From an uncultured Alphaproteobacteria bacterium (GTDB lineage: Bacteria > Pseudomonadota > Alphaproteobacteria > RF32 > CAG-239): DNA of 64,000 nt. A program made the position numbers and the translations under genes. Positions within the stretch are counted from its first letter, which is position 1; each line of letters begins with the position of its first letter. Location: the NCBI GenBank assembly GCA_944393685.1, contig CALYAW010000002.1:79586-143585 (forward strand), read 5' to 3'. Below the pieces are notes generated by a model. That model did no database searches and was not told the DNA's origin. It saw only the letters and a program-made list of their open reading frames with translations. Positions 9,777 to 18,947 of this stretch are shown in pieces.

Positions 9777-10586
9777 TTAATCCAAAGCTACGTTTTGAGA
9801 ATATCCTTGCTCAACCATACGACGGTTAATATTTATATTGTCTACCATGCAGATTGCTGTCGCGATATTCTGGTAGGTGTATGCATTTATTTGGCAATGA
9901 ACTGTCTTTCCCTCTGTTAATCGGCGCAAATAAATCTCGGCTTCTATACCTTTTTGAGAGTTTGGTTGAACAAATATACCATACAAAAATATGATTTTTT
10001 CAGAAATCTTTATCTCATTAGCGTTAAGAATTTCTGCAATTCCTGAAATATTCTCCAGCTCATCAAGGTATCTCAAATTTAATTTGCGAGTTGCTTTGGC
10101 CTTGGTAGGTAGTGGTTGTGGCTGTTCGATTTTTTGCGATGTTGCGACATCTTTTTGAGGTTGAGTATCAGTTTTGTGTTCTGTAATACCAAACGCTTGA
10201 CGATGTGCTTTGCGAGCTGGTTGAGATACCAATTGCGGCTCATTACCATACGATGGCGTTTCTTTTGTTGTTATGATTCCCGGAGCTATCGTGTCGACCG
10301 CTTTGCCTATTGTTTCCATATTGGGCATGACTTGCTGAGCTTTGTTGGTTATTTTTTCTGAGGCCGTTGTCGAAAAACCTTTGATATGATTCCAATACCA
10401 CAAATGTACTTCCGCCGGTTTAACACCTCTAAACGTCGGCGCCAAAAACAACACCAACACAATCGCCAGAAACCACCAGGGCTTACGCAACGGAAAAAGT
10501 AAAAACATCATAAATCTATGAAATAATCCCATAAATCCACGACTGGGGCCTATATAATCATCATCCTTTTTCATTCGTCTTGTCAT
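9777..10586 (-). CDS. Membrane-anchored thermonuclease (SNase)-family protein
   Basis: N-terminal TM segment; the C-terminal segment has SNase-like motifs (AEIYLRRLTEGKTVHCQ...ICMVDNININRRMVEQGYS). Its stop abuts the metG start. Confidence 0.5.
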   Translation of the reverse strand: MTRRMKKDDDYIGPSRGFMGLFHRFMMFLLFPLRKPWWFLAIVLVLFLAPTFRGVKPAEVHLWYWNHIKGFSTTASEKITNKAQQVMPNMETIGKAVDTIAPGIITTKETPSYGNEPQLVSQPARKAHRQAFGITEHKTDTQPQKDVATSQKIEQPQPLPTKAKATRKLNLRYLDELENISGIAEILNANEIKISEKIIFLYGIFVQPNSQKGIEAEIYLRRLTEGKTVHCQINAYTYQNIATAICMVDNININRRMVEQGYSQNVALD

Positions 10587-12284
10587 TTATTTGGCACTTC
10601 CATATTTTTGTTTTAATTCTTCAATCCGTTCGGGAGAAATTCTTTCAAAAAGCATCTCTCCGACTACAAATTTCTGTCCTGCTTTAAGAGACATAATTTC
10701 TTTTTTAACATCAAAACCATTTAATGAAGGTACATCTTTTAAATTAAGCCCTAATTTATCTAGCATTGAAGCAGAAACCTCCGGCATAACGGGAGCGCTC
10801 AATATTGCAAATATGCGAATTAAATTTATGCAAGTGCGCAAAATGGCTGATGCTCTCGCCTCGTCTGTTTTGATGACCGTCCAAGGCTCCGTTACTGAAA
10901 TATAATTATTTCCTTCCACCCAAATCGCTCGAAGTTCATTCATCGCCTTGCGAAATTCCATTTCATCCATATATTTAAGATAGTCATCAACTCTCTTTTG
11001 CAAAACGGAAATCAGTTCATTTTCTGCCGCAGTCATTTCTCCTCCGGCCGGTATGGTATCTCCTATTTTGGATGATGTCATCTTTAGCACTCGAGATACA
11101 AAGTTTCCAAGTACTCCGTTTAAGTCCTTGTTGACAACTCCTGCAAACAAATCAAAACTGAATGAAGCATCTGAGCCTTCAGGAGCGTTGCTCATCAACC
11201 AATAACGCCAGTAATCTGCAGGAAATTCTTTAATTGCATCTTCGGCAAAAACACCCCGCTTCTCTGATTTGGAGAATTTACCTCCCTCGTAGGTTAGATA
11301 GCTCATACCTTTGAGATAATCTACTTGTGTCCAATTTTCACCGGTGCCAAGCAATGTGGCAGGAAAAGTAATCGAATGATATGGAACATTATCTTTGCCC
11401 ATAAACTCCACATGTCGAACATCTTTGGCATTAAGCCACCAATCTTTCCAATCTCGTGTTTCGGGATTTTCATCTGCCCATTGTTTGGTAATTCCGATAT
11501 AGCCTATCGGCGCATCAAACCAAACATAAAAAACTTTGTCTTCATAGCCTGGCTTGTTGACTGGAAAGCCCCATTTCAAGTCTCTGGTAATGCATCGTTC
11601 TTGCAAACCTTCTTTGAGCCACTTTTGAGCTATGGTATAAGCAACATCCGGCCAAAACGGCTCTTTGGTCTTTATCCATTCGGACAAACGTTGTTCCAGT
11701 TTAGGTAAATTCAAAAACAGATGCTTGGTTTCTCTGACTTCTAGGTTAGTAGAGCCAGAAACAGAACTTTTGGGATTAATCAAATCCGTTGGCTCTAAAA
11801 CTTTTGTACAGTTTTCACACTGGTCACCGCGAGCCTTCTCGTAGCCGCAATACGGGCAAGTTCCGGTAATGTAGCGATCTGCTAAAAACATTTTGTCATC
11901 AATTGAATACACCTGTTTGACTGTGCGTTCTTCTATGAACCCGTTTTTATCCAACTGTTCAAATATGTGATAAGTTATTTCTTTGTTCTGCTCTGAAGAG
12001 GTTCTGCCAAAATAGTCAAATGATAAATTGAAATCTTTATAAGTCTTGGCATGACGGGCATGATACATATCGCAATATGCCTGCACATCCATACCTTCTT
12101 TGAGCGCTCCGACTTCGGAGGTTGTGCCATGTTCGTCAGTGCCTGCAATGTATAAAACCTCGTTGCCTTTCATTCGCATGTAGCGCGCATAAATATCGGA
12201 AGGCAATAGACAGCCGACCATGTGTCCTAAGTGTGGAACACCATTTATGTATGGTAATGCTGAAGTAACTAAGATTTTAGACAT
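10587..12284 (-). CDS. metG: Methionyl-tRNA synthetase, short form without the C-terminal tRNA-binding domain
   Basis: 'PYINGVPHLGH' HIGH motif, 'KFSKS' KMSKS motif, and a zinc knuckle CPYCG...CENC; 565 aa. Confidence 0.95.
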   Translation of the reverse strand: MSKILVTSALPYINGVPHLGHMVGCLLPSDIYARYMRMKGNEVLYIAGTDEHGTTSEVGALKEGMDVQAYCDMYHARHAKTYKDFNLSFDYFGRTSSEQNKEITYHIFEQLDKNGFIEERTVKQVYSIDDKMFLADRYITGTCPYCGYEKARGDQCENCTKVLEPTDLINPKSSVSGSTNLEVRETKHLFLNLPKLEQRLSEWIKTKEPFWPDVAYTIAQKWLKEGLQERCITRDLKWGFPVNKPGYEDKVFYVWFDAPIGYIGITKQWADENPETRDWKDWWLNAKDVRHVEFMGKDNVPYHSITFPATLLGTGENWTQVDYLKGMSYLTYEGGKFSKSEKRGVFAEDAIKEFPADYWRYWLMSNAPEGSDASFSFDLFAGVVNKDLNGVLGNFVSRVLKMTSSKIGDTIPAGGEMTAAENELISVLQKRVDDYLKYMDEMEFRKAMNELRAIWVEGNNYISVTEPWTVIKTDEARASAILRTCINLIRIFAILSAPVMPEVSASMLDKLGLNLKDVPSLNGFDVKKEIMSLKAGQKFVVGEMLFERISPERIEELKQKYGSAK

Positions 12285-12491
12285 TGTATTAATTTCTCCG
12301 TTATTGTGTTTTATTTCTTTTTAGCAGGCCGATTTTACAACATTTTATGAATATCTCAAGTACAAAAACCATCTTGAATCAAACAAATCACAAATAATTT
12401 TATTTTCCCCTTGTTTTTAGACAAAATTTGTGATAATGTCGATTTAATTAAAAGTATATATTCTGTATTTATTTACCTAAAATTAATTTTT

Positions 12492-13640
12492 ATGAATGCA
12501 AGAGAACAAGTAAGAGCGCTTTTGGCTGAAAACGGTTGGAAGTGCAACGCTGACGGACGGCGTTATGTAGCAGAACGGATTAATCACTCTTTCTCCCCTC
12601 GAAATCTACGCCTCAAGAAATGGCGGCACGTTTTAAAATATGCCGAACAAGTTGGCGGATGTCGTCCAGAGACCAGCTTTGATTACATCAATGCTCAAAA
12701 AGAAATTGTTGCCGCCGAGGTCTTTGACCTTTATGACATTCCGAGTGGATTAAAAAACCCGTTTGTTGTCTGTTTTTCAGGTTTTATGACCGCCCATCTC
12801 TACACTATGGAGGCGGTTCGGTTCTATGCTAAAACCCATGGCCAATTGTTGCCGATTTATTGCGTCGGCAAAGAAGGAAACAAAGGCCTATTTAAACAGG
12901 TCTTTGATAGAACAGATGGTTTGATGGTGCAAACCGAAGCCGAAGCTTATCTGCGTCCGCTGTCGCTTCTGGCTCCCAAGCTCTGGGTGCGCCTATATCA
13001 GCGCGCTGTGGAAGATACCGACACAAAAGGAAATTTCAGCGAGATGTACAATCTTGCTAAAGCTCTCGGTCTTGACGAAGCAACATTCCTCTTGTGCTCT
13101 GGTAATTTTTCTTATGATAAACGGCTTCTTGCCGAAGGAATGCTGGAGCTGGCCAAGCCGGAATATGCGGATATTAAGATTAATCTGGCTGTGTTGCACT
13201 GCCCGATGTGTTTGAATCTTTCTGTTCCGGAAGGACACTTAAGTGAACTGCTACTTGGTTATGTGGCGGCTTCTCTCGGGCCCATGCTTAAAGATACGAC
13301 ACCTTTGTCGACAGATATCTTGCCAGATTTTACCAAAGAGCGTTATCTCTTGCCAGGAACTGAAGACGAAGACTGGGGATGTTTCAGAGAACTGATTACG
13401 GAGTATTCGAATATGGGGTGGCCCAATTATCAGGAACTGATATATGGGATTGACCACGAAACGGCCGTCGAAAATATTATCCTCGCAGATCTTCATGCAC
13501 GAAGCAGTTTCTCTCCGGAAGGATATGACGAAGCTCTTCGGGCAGATATCAAAAAATACCAGGAATTTGTCGGAGAATATAAACAAGGAACTCCGTTCTT
13601 AGAATTTCTGATAAACTCTCCGGACGAAGGTTTCTTTTAA
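12492..13640 (+). CDS. Hypothetical protein with markedly higher GC than its flanks (possible horizontally acquired gene or effector)
   Basis: The ORF track gives 12411..13640; the first 27 codons are AT-rich, so I prefer the Met at 12492 (MNAREQV...). Coding GC is ~50% against ~33% around it (12541..12600 is 31/60 GC). No domain recognisable by eye. It is followed by a perfect terminator hairpin. Confidence 0.55.
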   Translation: MNAREQVRALLAENGWKCNADGRRYVAERINHSFSPRNLRLKKWRHVLKYAEQVGGCRPETSFDYINAQKEIVAAEVFDLYDIPSGLKNPFVVCFSGFMTAHLYTMEAVRFYAKTHGQLLPIYCVGKEGNKGLFKQVFDRTDGLMVQTEAEAYLRPLSLLAPKLWVRLYQRAVEDTDTKGNFSEMYNLAKALGLDEATFLLCSGNFSYDKRLLAEGMLELAKPEYADIKINLAVLHCPMCLNLSVPEGHLSELLLGYVAASLGPMLKDTTPLSTDILPDFTKERYLLPGTEDEDWGCFRELITEYSNMGWPNYQELIYGIDHETAVENIILADLHARSSFSPEGYDEALRADIKKYQEFVGEYKQGTPFLEFLINSPDEGFF

Positions 13641-13659
13641 TTTGTCCGAGTACTGATAC

Positions 13660-13694
13660 AAAAAAGGTTCATCCACACAGGATGAACCTTTTTT
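13660..13694. terminator. Bidirectional rho-independent terminator
   Basis: A6-GGTTCATCC-acaca-GGATGAACC-T6: a perfect 9-bp stem flanked by A and T runs. Confidence 0.8.
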
Positions 13695-13779
13695 GTATAC
13701 GGGCACTTGACTTTTGTGATACACGTATTCATAATGCCAGATATATTTCATCCTATTAATCAATTAAAAATATACCATT

Positions 13780-14103
13780 ATGAACATTTATTATCCGATT
13801 GTCGGTATACTGTTGCTTGCAATCATAGTGTTTGCACCACAGTTGAATGAAATTTTTTCCAGATTTTATTGGTATAAAAATTTTAGAAAACTTTCCTGCT
13901 ATCAACAGGCATTTTTTCTGTATACACTTATCCGATATTATCGCATTCATCCTGATGCATATACCGCTTCTCGGGCCGACAGGCTTAAAGTCTACCTTCG
14001 TTTATATGTTACATATAAGTATCCGGGGTGCGAGGCTGAAATAGAAATGCAGTCTCGGATGCTCAACCTCTGGTATCTTTTGAAAGAACAAAAAACTTTC
14101 TAA
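13780..14103 (+). CDS. Small hypothetical membrane protein (107 aa)
   Basis: ORF with a hydrophobic N-terminus (IVGILLLAIIVFAP), bracketed by two terminators; no homology recognisable by eye. Confidence 0.3.
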   Translation: MNIYYPIVGILLLAIIVFAPQLNEIFSRFYWYKNFRKLSCYQQAFFLYTLIRYYRIHPDAYTASRADRLKVYLRLYVTYKYPGCEAEIEMQSRMLNLWYLLKEQKTF

Positions 14104-14104
14104 C

Positions 14105-14140
14105 AAAAAAGCCCCGAAATAAATATTTCAGGGCTTTTTT
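14105..14140. terminator. Bidirectional terminator hairpin
   Basis: A6-GCCCCGAAAT..ATTTCAGGGC-T6 (one mismatch) between convergent ORFs. Confidence 0.6.
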
Positions 14141-14141
14141 C

Positions 14142-14723
14142 TTATTCAATACAACAGTCAACAGCTTTGCGTACAAACGCTTTCATTTTGGCTAGCGCAC
14201 CGCCCTTCTCTGGCGATGCAGCTTCTTTAATTTTTTCTGTCGGAACTGCTTCTAATTTAGCTGAAATCTTTTTGATATCATCAATATTGTCCTCAACCCA
14301 TTTTACATCATCGGTTGAAAGCATTTTCATATTTAAGCCCCAAAACAAACAATATAAATCATAGGCTTGATTAAATAATTTGTATGCCTCTTCTTTGTGG
14401 CCCAATGATTGTTGCTTGGTTCCGACTTCCATTAAACGCATGGAAGATGCCAATAAATGTTTGGATATGCACCAAACTTCTCCCTCATATTCGGGAATAA
14501 CTTTTTGCATCAAATTCTTGCGAAGCTCACGCACATCTTCAACCAAATCATAAAACGAATTTTTACCTGTCTTGGCTCCTGAAAAAACCAGATGCTCTTC
14601 AATAGAAATCAAATTCATAATAGCAATGGTCAAATCCTGATCCGATGACAAATCTTTTGGATTTACCTTCTTGGTGGCATCTATTTTTTCAACAAATTCT
14701 TTTACACTAGCAACTTTTTTCAT
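14142..14723 (-). CDS. Hypothetical soluble protein (193 aa)
   Basis: Its start codon overlaps the stop of the upstream membrane-protein gene (ATGA at 14723), so the two are probably co-transcribed from the Fur-box region. Confidence 0.5.
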   Translation of the reverse strand: MKKVASVKEFVEKIDATKKVNPKDLSSDQDLTIAIMNLISIEEHLVFSGAKTGKNSFYDLVEDVRELRKNLMQKVIPEYEGEVWCISKHLLASSMRLMEVGTKQQSLGHKEEAYKLFNQAYDLYCLFWGLNMKMLSTDDVKWVEDNIDDIKKISAKLEAVPTEKIKEAASPEKGGALAKMKAFVRKAVDCCIE

Positions 14724-15349
14724 TATTTTTCTCCTGAAAATTCATATAATTCCGCAGTATCGCTTAAAATGTCAATTGATTCCGAACTTATGGGAAAATA
14801 ATTAAAATAGACACTCAGCAACGCAAGCGCAGCTACCGGTAAGACTACCTTTTCAAAAGGGAAATGAGCATGACCTCCGTTACGAGCTTTCATCCATTGA
14901 TAAAATTTTGAAACATAAATAAAAGTCAAAGCGCCTAATATTGTACTAAATAGCAATGGATCAAGATAAAAAATTCCTATTACCTGAGGAGAATATGGCA
15001 TTTCTGAAATATACATAAAGCCTATTGAACCAACGGAAATCCCCATTAACAAAGCATCTCGACCCCAAAAATACCAATCCTTTTTATTAAACCACAAAAT
15101 TAGCCAATAGCCCAACAGAGCGAGCAATGCTCCTGCCCAAACACCGACAACCGTGTCTTCGACACCATAGTATCTGGCTATCTCAAGTGAGGCTCCGACA
15201 GCAACAGTACATACCGCGCATGCGGGATTGGCATATGCTTTTATTGCAAAAAACAAACTAATAAATAAAGCTGTAACAGCAACCATTTGATATTCCTTTC
15301 TTGTTAATTCTGCGCATATTAGAAAGTAATTATTTCCAAAATGCAACAA
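14723..15349 (-). CDS. Hypothetical integral membrane protein with a CAVC motif
   Basis: 4-5 predicted TM helices. The true start is probably the internal Met at ~15286 (MVAVTALFISLFF). It is divergent from fur across a shared Fur-box promoter region. Confidence 0.5.
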   Translation of the reverse strand: MLHFGNNYFLICAELTRKEYQMVAVTALFISLFFAIKAYANPACAVCTVAVGASLEIARYYGVEDTVVGVWAGALLALLGYWLILWFNKKDWYFWGRDALLMGISVGSIGFMYISEMPYSPQVIGIFYLDPLLFSTILGALTFIYVSKFYQWMKARNGGHAHFPFEKVVLPVAALALLSVYFNYFPISSESIDILSDTAELYEFSGEK

Positions 15350-15453
15350 GTATTATATATATAAACATATATCAAAAACACTATATAGTAAATACCATAT
15401 ATATTTAAATTGCAATTAATTTATTTTCATGTTGACAATTTTTTTATATTACA

Positions 15454-15475
15454 ATAATGATAATTATTATCATTT
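15454..15475. promoter_or_regulatory. Fur box overlapping the -10 region of the divergent fur/rubrerythrin and membrane-protein promoters
   Basis: AATAATGATAATTATTATCATT matches the GATAATGATAATCATTATC Fur consensus (19-bp palindrome). TTGACA lies at 15432..15437. Confidence 0.7.
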
Positions 15476-15487
15476 ATATGAGTAACA

Positions 15488-15871
15488 TTGATGAAATATT
15501 CAAAACAACGTGAAATAATATTGGAAACCTTAAAACAAAACATGATTCATCCTACCGCGGATCAGGTTTATGCTTTGTTGCATGAAAAGAATCCTAATAT
15601 TAGTCTTGCTACAGTGTACCGTAATCTTAATCAATTAGCAGATATGAACATTATAAGAAAAGTTACGGGACTTGATAATGCAACTCGTTTTGATCATAAT
15701 ACTCACAAGCATCATCATTTTGTTTGCTCAAAATGTCATAAAGTGTATGATATCCCTTACAACATTGCTCCCGATTTGAGCGCTCAAATTGAAGCACAAA
15801 CAAGTGTAAAGATAGAATCGTGCGATATCACTTTTCGTGGAGTGTGTCCCGATTGTATGACAAAAAATTAA
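15488..15871 (+). CDS. fur: Fur-family metalloregulator (Fur/PerR-like)
   Basis: 127 aa; winged-helix N-terminus (TADQVYALL...ISLATVYRNLNQL), an HHHF..C..C metal-binding region and a C-terminal CPDC. Confidence 0.85.
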   Translation: MMKYSKQREIILETLKQNMIHPTADQVYALLHEKNPNISLATVYRNLNQLADMNIIRKVTGLDNATRFDHNTHKHHHFVCSKCHKVYDIPYNIAPDLSAQIEAQTSVKIESCDITFRGVCPDCMTKN

Positions 15872-15903
15872 ATTTTCAAAACTAATCATAAGGAGTAAAA
15901 CCC

Positions 15904-16443
15904 ATGGAACTTAAAGGTTCAAAAACAGAAAAAAACTTAATGGAAGCCTTTGCAGGAGAATCTCAGGCTCGCAATAAATATACTTATTATGCTTCAAAAG
16001 CTAAAAAAGAAGGCTATAATATCATTGCCGATAAATTTGAACAAACAGCCAACAATGAAAAAGAGCATGCTAAAATTTGGTTCAAATTATTACATGGCGG
16101 TGAAGTGCCTTCAACCATGGATAATTTGAAAGATGCAGCTGCCGGTGAAAATTATGAATGGACCGATATGTATGCGCGTATGGCTCAAGAGGCAAAAGAA
16201 GAAGGCTTTAATAAAATTGCTGCATTGTTCACAATGGTCGGAAAAATTGAAAAAGGACATGAAGAACGTTACAGAGCTTTGCTTGATTCTTTGGTCGAAG
16301 GCAAAATCTTTGAACGTCCTACTAAGGTTATTTGGGAATGCGCCAATTGTGGTTGTCGTGTTGAATCTCCCAAGGCTCCTGAAAAATGCCCTGTTTGCGA
16401 TCATCCGCAGGCTTATTTCTTTGAGCTCCAAGAACAGTTCTAA
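15904..16443 (+). CDS. rbr: Rubrerythrin (ferritin-like diiron domain plus C-terminal rubredoxin-like Cys4)
   Basis: An E..EH diiron motif appears twice (EKEHAKIW; EKGHEERY); C-terminal CANCG...CPVCD. A strong AAGGAG RBS lies upstream. Confidence 0.9.
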   Translation: MELKGSKTEKNLMEAFAGESQARNKYTYYASKAKKEGYNIIADKFEQTANNEKEHAKIWFKLLHGGEVPSTMDNLKDAAAGENYEWTDMYARMAQEAKEEGFNKIAALFTMVGKIEKGHEERYRALLDSLVEGKIFERPTKVIWECANCGCRVESPKAPEKCPVCDHPQAYFFELQEQF

Positions 16444-16458
16444 TAAATTGTTAATTAT

Positions 16459-16489
16459 AAAAAAACGCTCTTCAAAGAGCGTTTTTTTT
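16459..16489. terminator. Bidirectional rho-independent terminator (ends rbr and the 24-gene minus-strand operon)
   Basis: A6-CGCTCTT-caa-AGAGCG-T8. Confidence 0.8.
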
Positions 16490-16502
16490 GCAATCTATTT
16501 TT

Positions 16503-17915
16503 TTATAAAATCTGTTTAAACATTTTTACTAAATTTTTAGTGTTTTTCTCATGAGAATAATTAGGAAAAAGATGTTGAAAATTTTTCTCTGAAGAAACAA
16601 TTCCTTCATAACATTTTGAACAAAATTCTGAGGCTTTTTTTTCTAATTCTTTATGATCTATACGCGTTTCTATCATTTTTTGAACATCAAGATTGGGAGA
16701 ATATTTAAATACTCCTGGACATGAATGCCACCATACTTTTCCAAAAATTAAGGCTGGTTTTCCTCCTCTTATGGATTCAAAGGCTGCTGTTCCTGATATG
16801 GTCGCTACAAATTGTGAATGCTCTAGTAATTTGTATGTATTTTCCTCTCTAGGAACAAAAAAGGTGTTTTTCAACAATTTAAAACGCTCAAAAAAACTCT
16901 TGGGACGATAAAAGCTTGTTTGTTTTGGATTTTCTTTTACATAGATTATCCAATCGGTAGGAATTAATGCCCTTAATTGTTCAAGTGCTAATATTTGATC
17001 GTTGTAATATTTTTCTCCCATAATAGAAGTTGTCATTTCTGGTTGTAAATGAAGAGGGAAATATACATATTTCTTTTGATAATCTACTTTTCTAATAAGA
17101 GACTTTAATGTTGTTATATAACACATTGCCAGATAAAATTTTCTAAAATTATGGAAAAAATAAAGAAACATAGGATTCCAGAAAAAGGTATTTTTTATTT
17201 TTTTTAGTCTTATAGCATTTTTTAAAATGTTAAGAGACATAATTATCATTTTTTTCCTTTTTACATTTATATTCGGTGTAAAATATTTTATATTATGCAT
17301 ATAAAATAAATCTTTTTTATATCCTTCTTCTAAACAAATTTTAACATTTCTTACTTTTTTCTTCATACTTTGATAATAGCATTTATCATTTTCATCATAA
17401 TAATATGTAATTATCGGAAGAAAATTATCTGGTTGAAATTCCTGTCCGAGTAAAAGAGTTTTTATTCCTAAATATTTAGCCACGAGATATAACATATTAT
17501 CCACACCTGAATGTGGTACTTCCCAAAAAACTATTTGTTCTATTTTCTCTTTTGTTAAATAACCATATGCAAATCTTAAAGCGATATTTACAGCATGTAT
17601 AGAATCATGAAAACTGAGCACTGGTTCTAGATGTTCATGACGTTCAAAACATTCTATATAAAAATAAAGTTTTTCATACATTTTTGCGTATAAATCTTCT
17701 GGAATAACAAGGTTATCCGTATATTTATGTACCAAATCTTGCGTTGCTCTATTTAACCCATGCCATGGTGAAAAAAATCCTGCTTGCCTAATTAGTTTAG
17801 GATGGTCATCTGCAAATTCTGCAAAAAAATTAATTAACTCTATTTTTCCCTGCCTTTCTAGCTCAAGAAAAGCATCCAGCATAACTGTTGTATAAGCATA
17901 AAAAACCGTTCTCAT
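16503..17915 (-). CDS. Capsule-polysaccharide-biosynthesis-family (KpsS/LpsZ/RkpZ-like) transferase, last gene of the operon
   Basis: 470 aa; the C-terminal segment 'ISGTAAFESIRGGKPALIFGKVWW' resembles the Capsule_synth (KpsS/KpsC) nucleotide-sugar-binding region. The assignment is from memory of that family, not a search. Confidence 0.4.
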   Translation of the reverse strand: MRTVFYAYTTVMLDAFLELERQGKIELINFFAEFADDHPKLIRQAGFFSPWHGLNRATQDLVHKYTDNLVIPEDLYAKMYEKLYFYIECFERHEHLEPVLSFHDSIHAVNIALRFAYGYLTKEKIEQIVFWEVPHSGVDNMLYLVAKYLGIKTLLLGQEFQPDNFLPIITYYYDENDKCYYQSMKKKVRNVKICLEEGYKKDLFYMHNIKYFTPNINVKRKKMIIMSLNILKNAIRLKKIKNTFFWNPMFLYFFHNFRKFYLAMCYITTLKSLIRKVDYQKKYVYFPLHLQPEMTTSIMGEKYYNDQILALEQLRALIPTDWIIYVKENPKQTSFYRPKSFFERFKLLKNTFFVPREENTYKLLEHSQFVATISGTAAFESIRGGKPALIFGKVWWHSCPGVFKYSPNLDVQKMIETRIDHKELEKKASEFCSKCYEGIVSSEKNFQHLFPNYSHEKNTKNLVKMFKQIL

Positions 17916-17927
17916 CTTATTTACTTT

Positions 17928-18947
17928 CTATAAAATATCTTCTTGTTGTAGTGGAGTTCCTAGGGTTAAATCACGCCTCGCCCTTTTTCCTATAATCTTT
18001 TCATAATAACGAGGATGTAAACCTTTAGAAGGACGAATAGATCGTATGTTTTCTGAAGTAAATTCCTCCCCTTGCTTAATTTCTTTTACAACGTAAAGGG
18101 ATCGTCCTAGTTGCCTGTTTTGCTCATTGACCGTATAATCAACCTTCCCAATGGCTTTTTCCGTCTCTCTTACAGCTTTTACCATTGCTGAAAATTCTTC
18201 TTTATTTAAAGAGAAACCACTATCCGCTCCGCCTAAAGAGCGATCTAGCGTAAAATGCTTTTCTATAACAGATGCTCCCATTGAAACAGCCACAATCGGA
18301 GGAACAATACTCATTGAGTGATCAGATAATCCCACTTTTACTCCTTGCGGACCAAATCTATCTCTCATATCTTGAATTGTTAACAAATTCATGTCTTCAA
18401 CTTTTGAAGGATATGCTGAAGTACATTTTAGCAAGGTAATATCTTTGTTTCCCACGGACAAACAGCTGTCTACGGCTTCTTGAATTTCGTCCAATGACGA
18501 AATTCCTGTTGAAATAATCATCGGTTTTCCGTGTTGAGCAGCGTATTTTATCAAATGATAATCGTAGGCTTCAAAACTGGCAATCTTATACAAGGGAACA
18601 TTAATCGTTTCTAAAAAATCAACGGCTGTAGTATCAAATGGTGTTGAAAATAATGGGATACCTAGCTCGTCTGCATAATCTTTTAATTCTCTTTGCCACT
18701 CCCAAGGAGTATATGCTTCAGAATATAAATCGTATAAATATTTTCCATCCCATAGACCTCCATTTAATCTAAATTCTGTATTGTGACAATTTATGGTTAA
18801 GGTATCTGCCGTATATGTTTGAATTTTTACAGCATCGGCCCCCACCTCTTTTGCCGCTTTAATAATTCCTTTGGCTAGTTGTTTATTGCCGCAGTGATTA
18901 GCGGACATCTCGGCAATAATAAATACCTTAGACATCTTGATCTCCAT
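17928..18947 (-). CDS. pseI: NeuB-family nonulosonic acid synthase (pseudaminic acid synthase PseI-like) with a C-terminal SAF domain
   Basis: 'KVFIIAEMSANHCG' N-terminus, a TIM-barrel NeuB core, and a C-terminal SAF/antifreeze-like domain (GRSLYVVKEIKQGEEFT). Confidence 0.85.
   Translation of the reverse strand: MEIKMSKVFIIAEMSANHCGNKQLAKGIIKAAKEVGADAVKIQTYTADTLTINCHNTEFRLNGGLWDGKYLYDLYSEAYTPWEWQRELKDYADELGIPLFSTPFDTTAVDFLETINVPLYKIASFEAYDYHLIKYAAQHGKPMIISTGISSLDEIQEAVDSCLSVGNKDITLLKCTSAYPSKVEDMNLLTIQDMRDRFGPQGVKVGLSDHSMSIVPPIVAVSMGASVIEKHFTLDRSLGGADSGFSLNKEEFSAMVKAVRETEKAIGKVDYTVNEQNRQLGRSLYVVKEIKQGEEFTSENIRSIRPSKGLHPRYYEKIIGKRARRDLTLGTPLQQEDIL

Noticed and set aside
12411-12491. First 27 codons of the annotated 409-aa ORF (MFLDKICDNV...)
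   Set aside because: This segment is AT-rich (like intergenic DNA) while the rest of the gene is ~50% GC. The Met at 12492 is the more plausible start.
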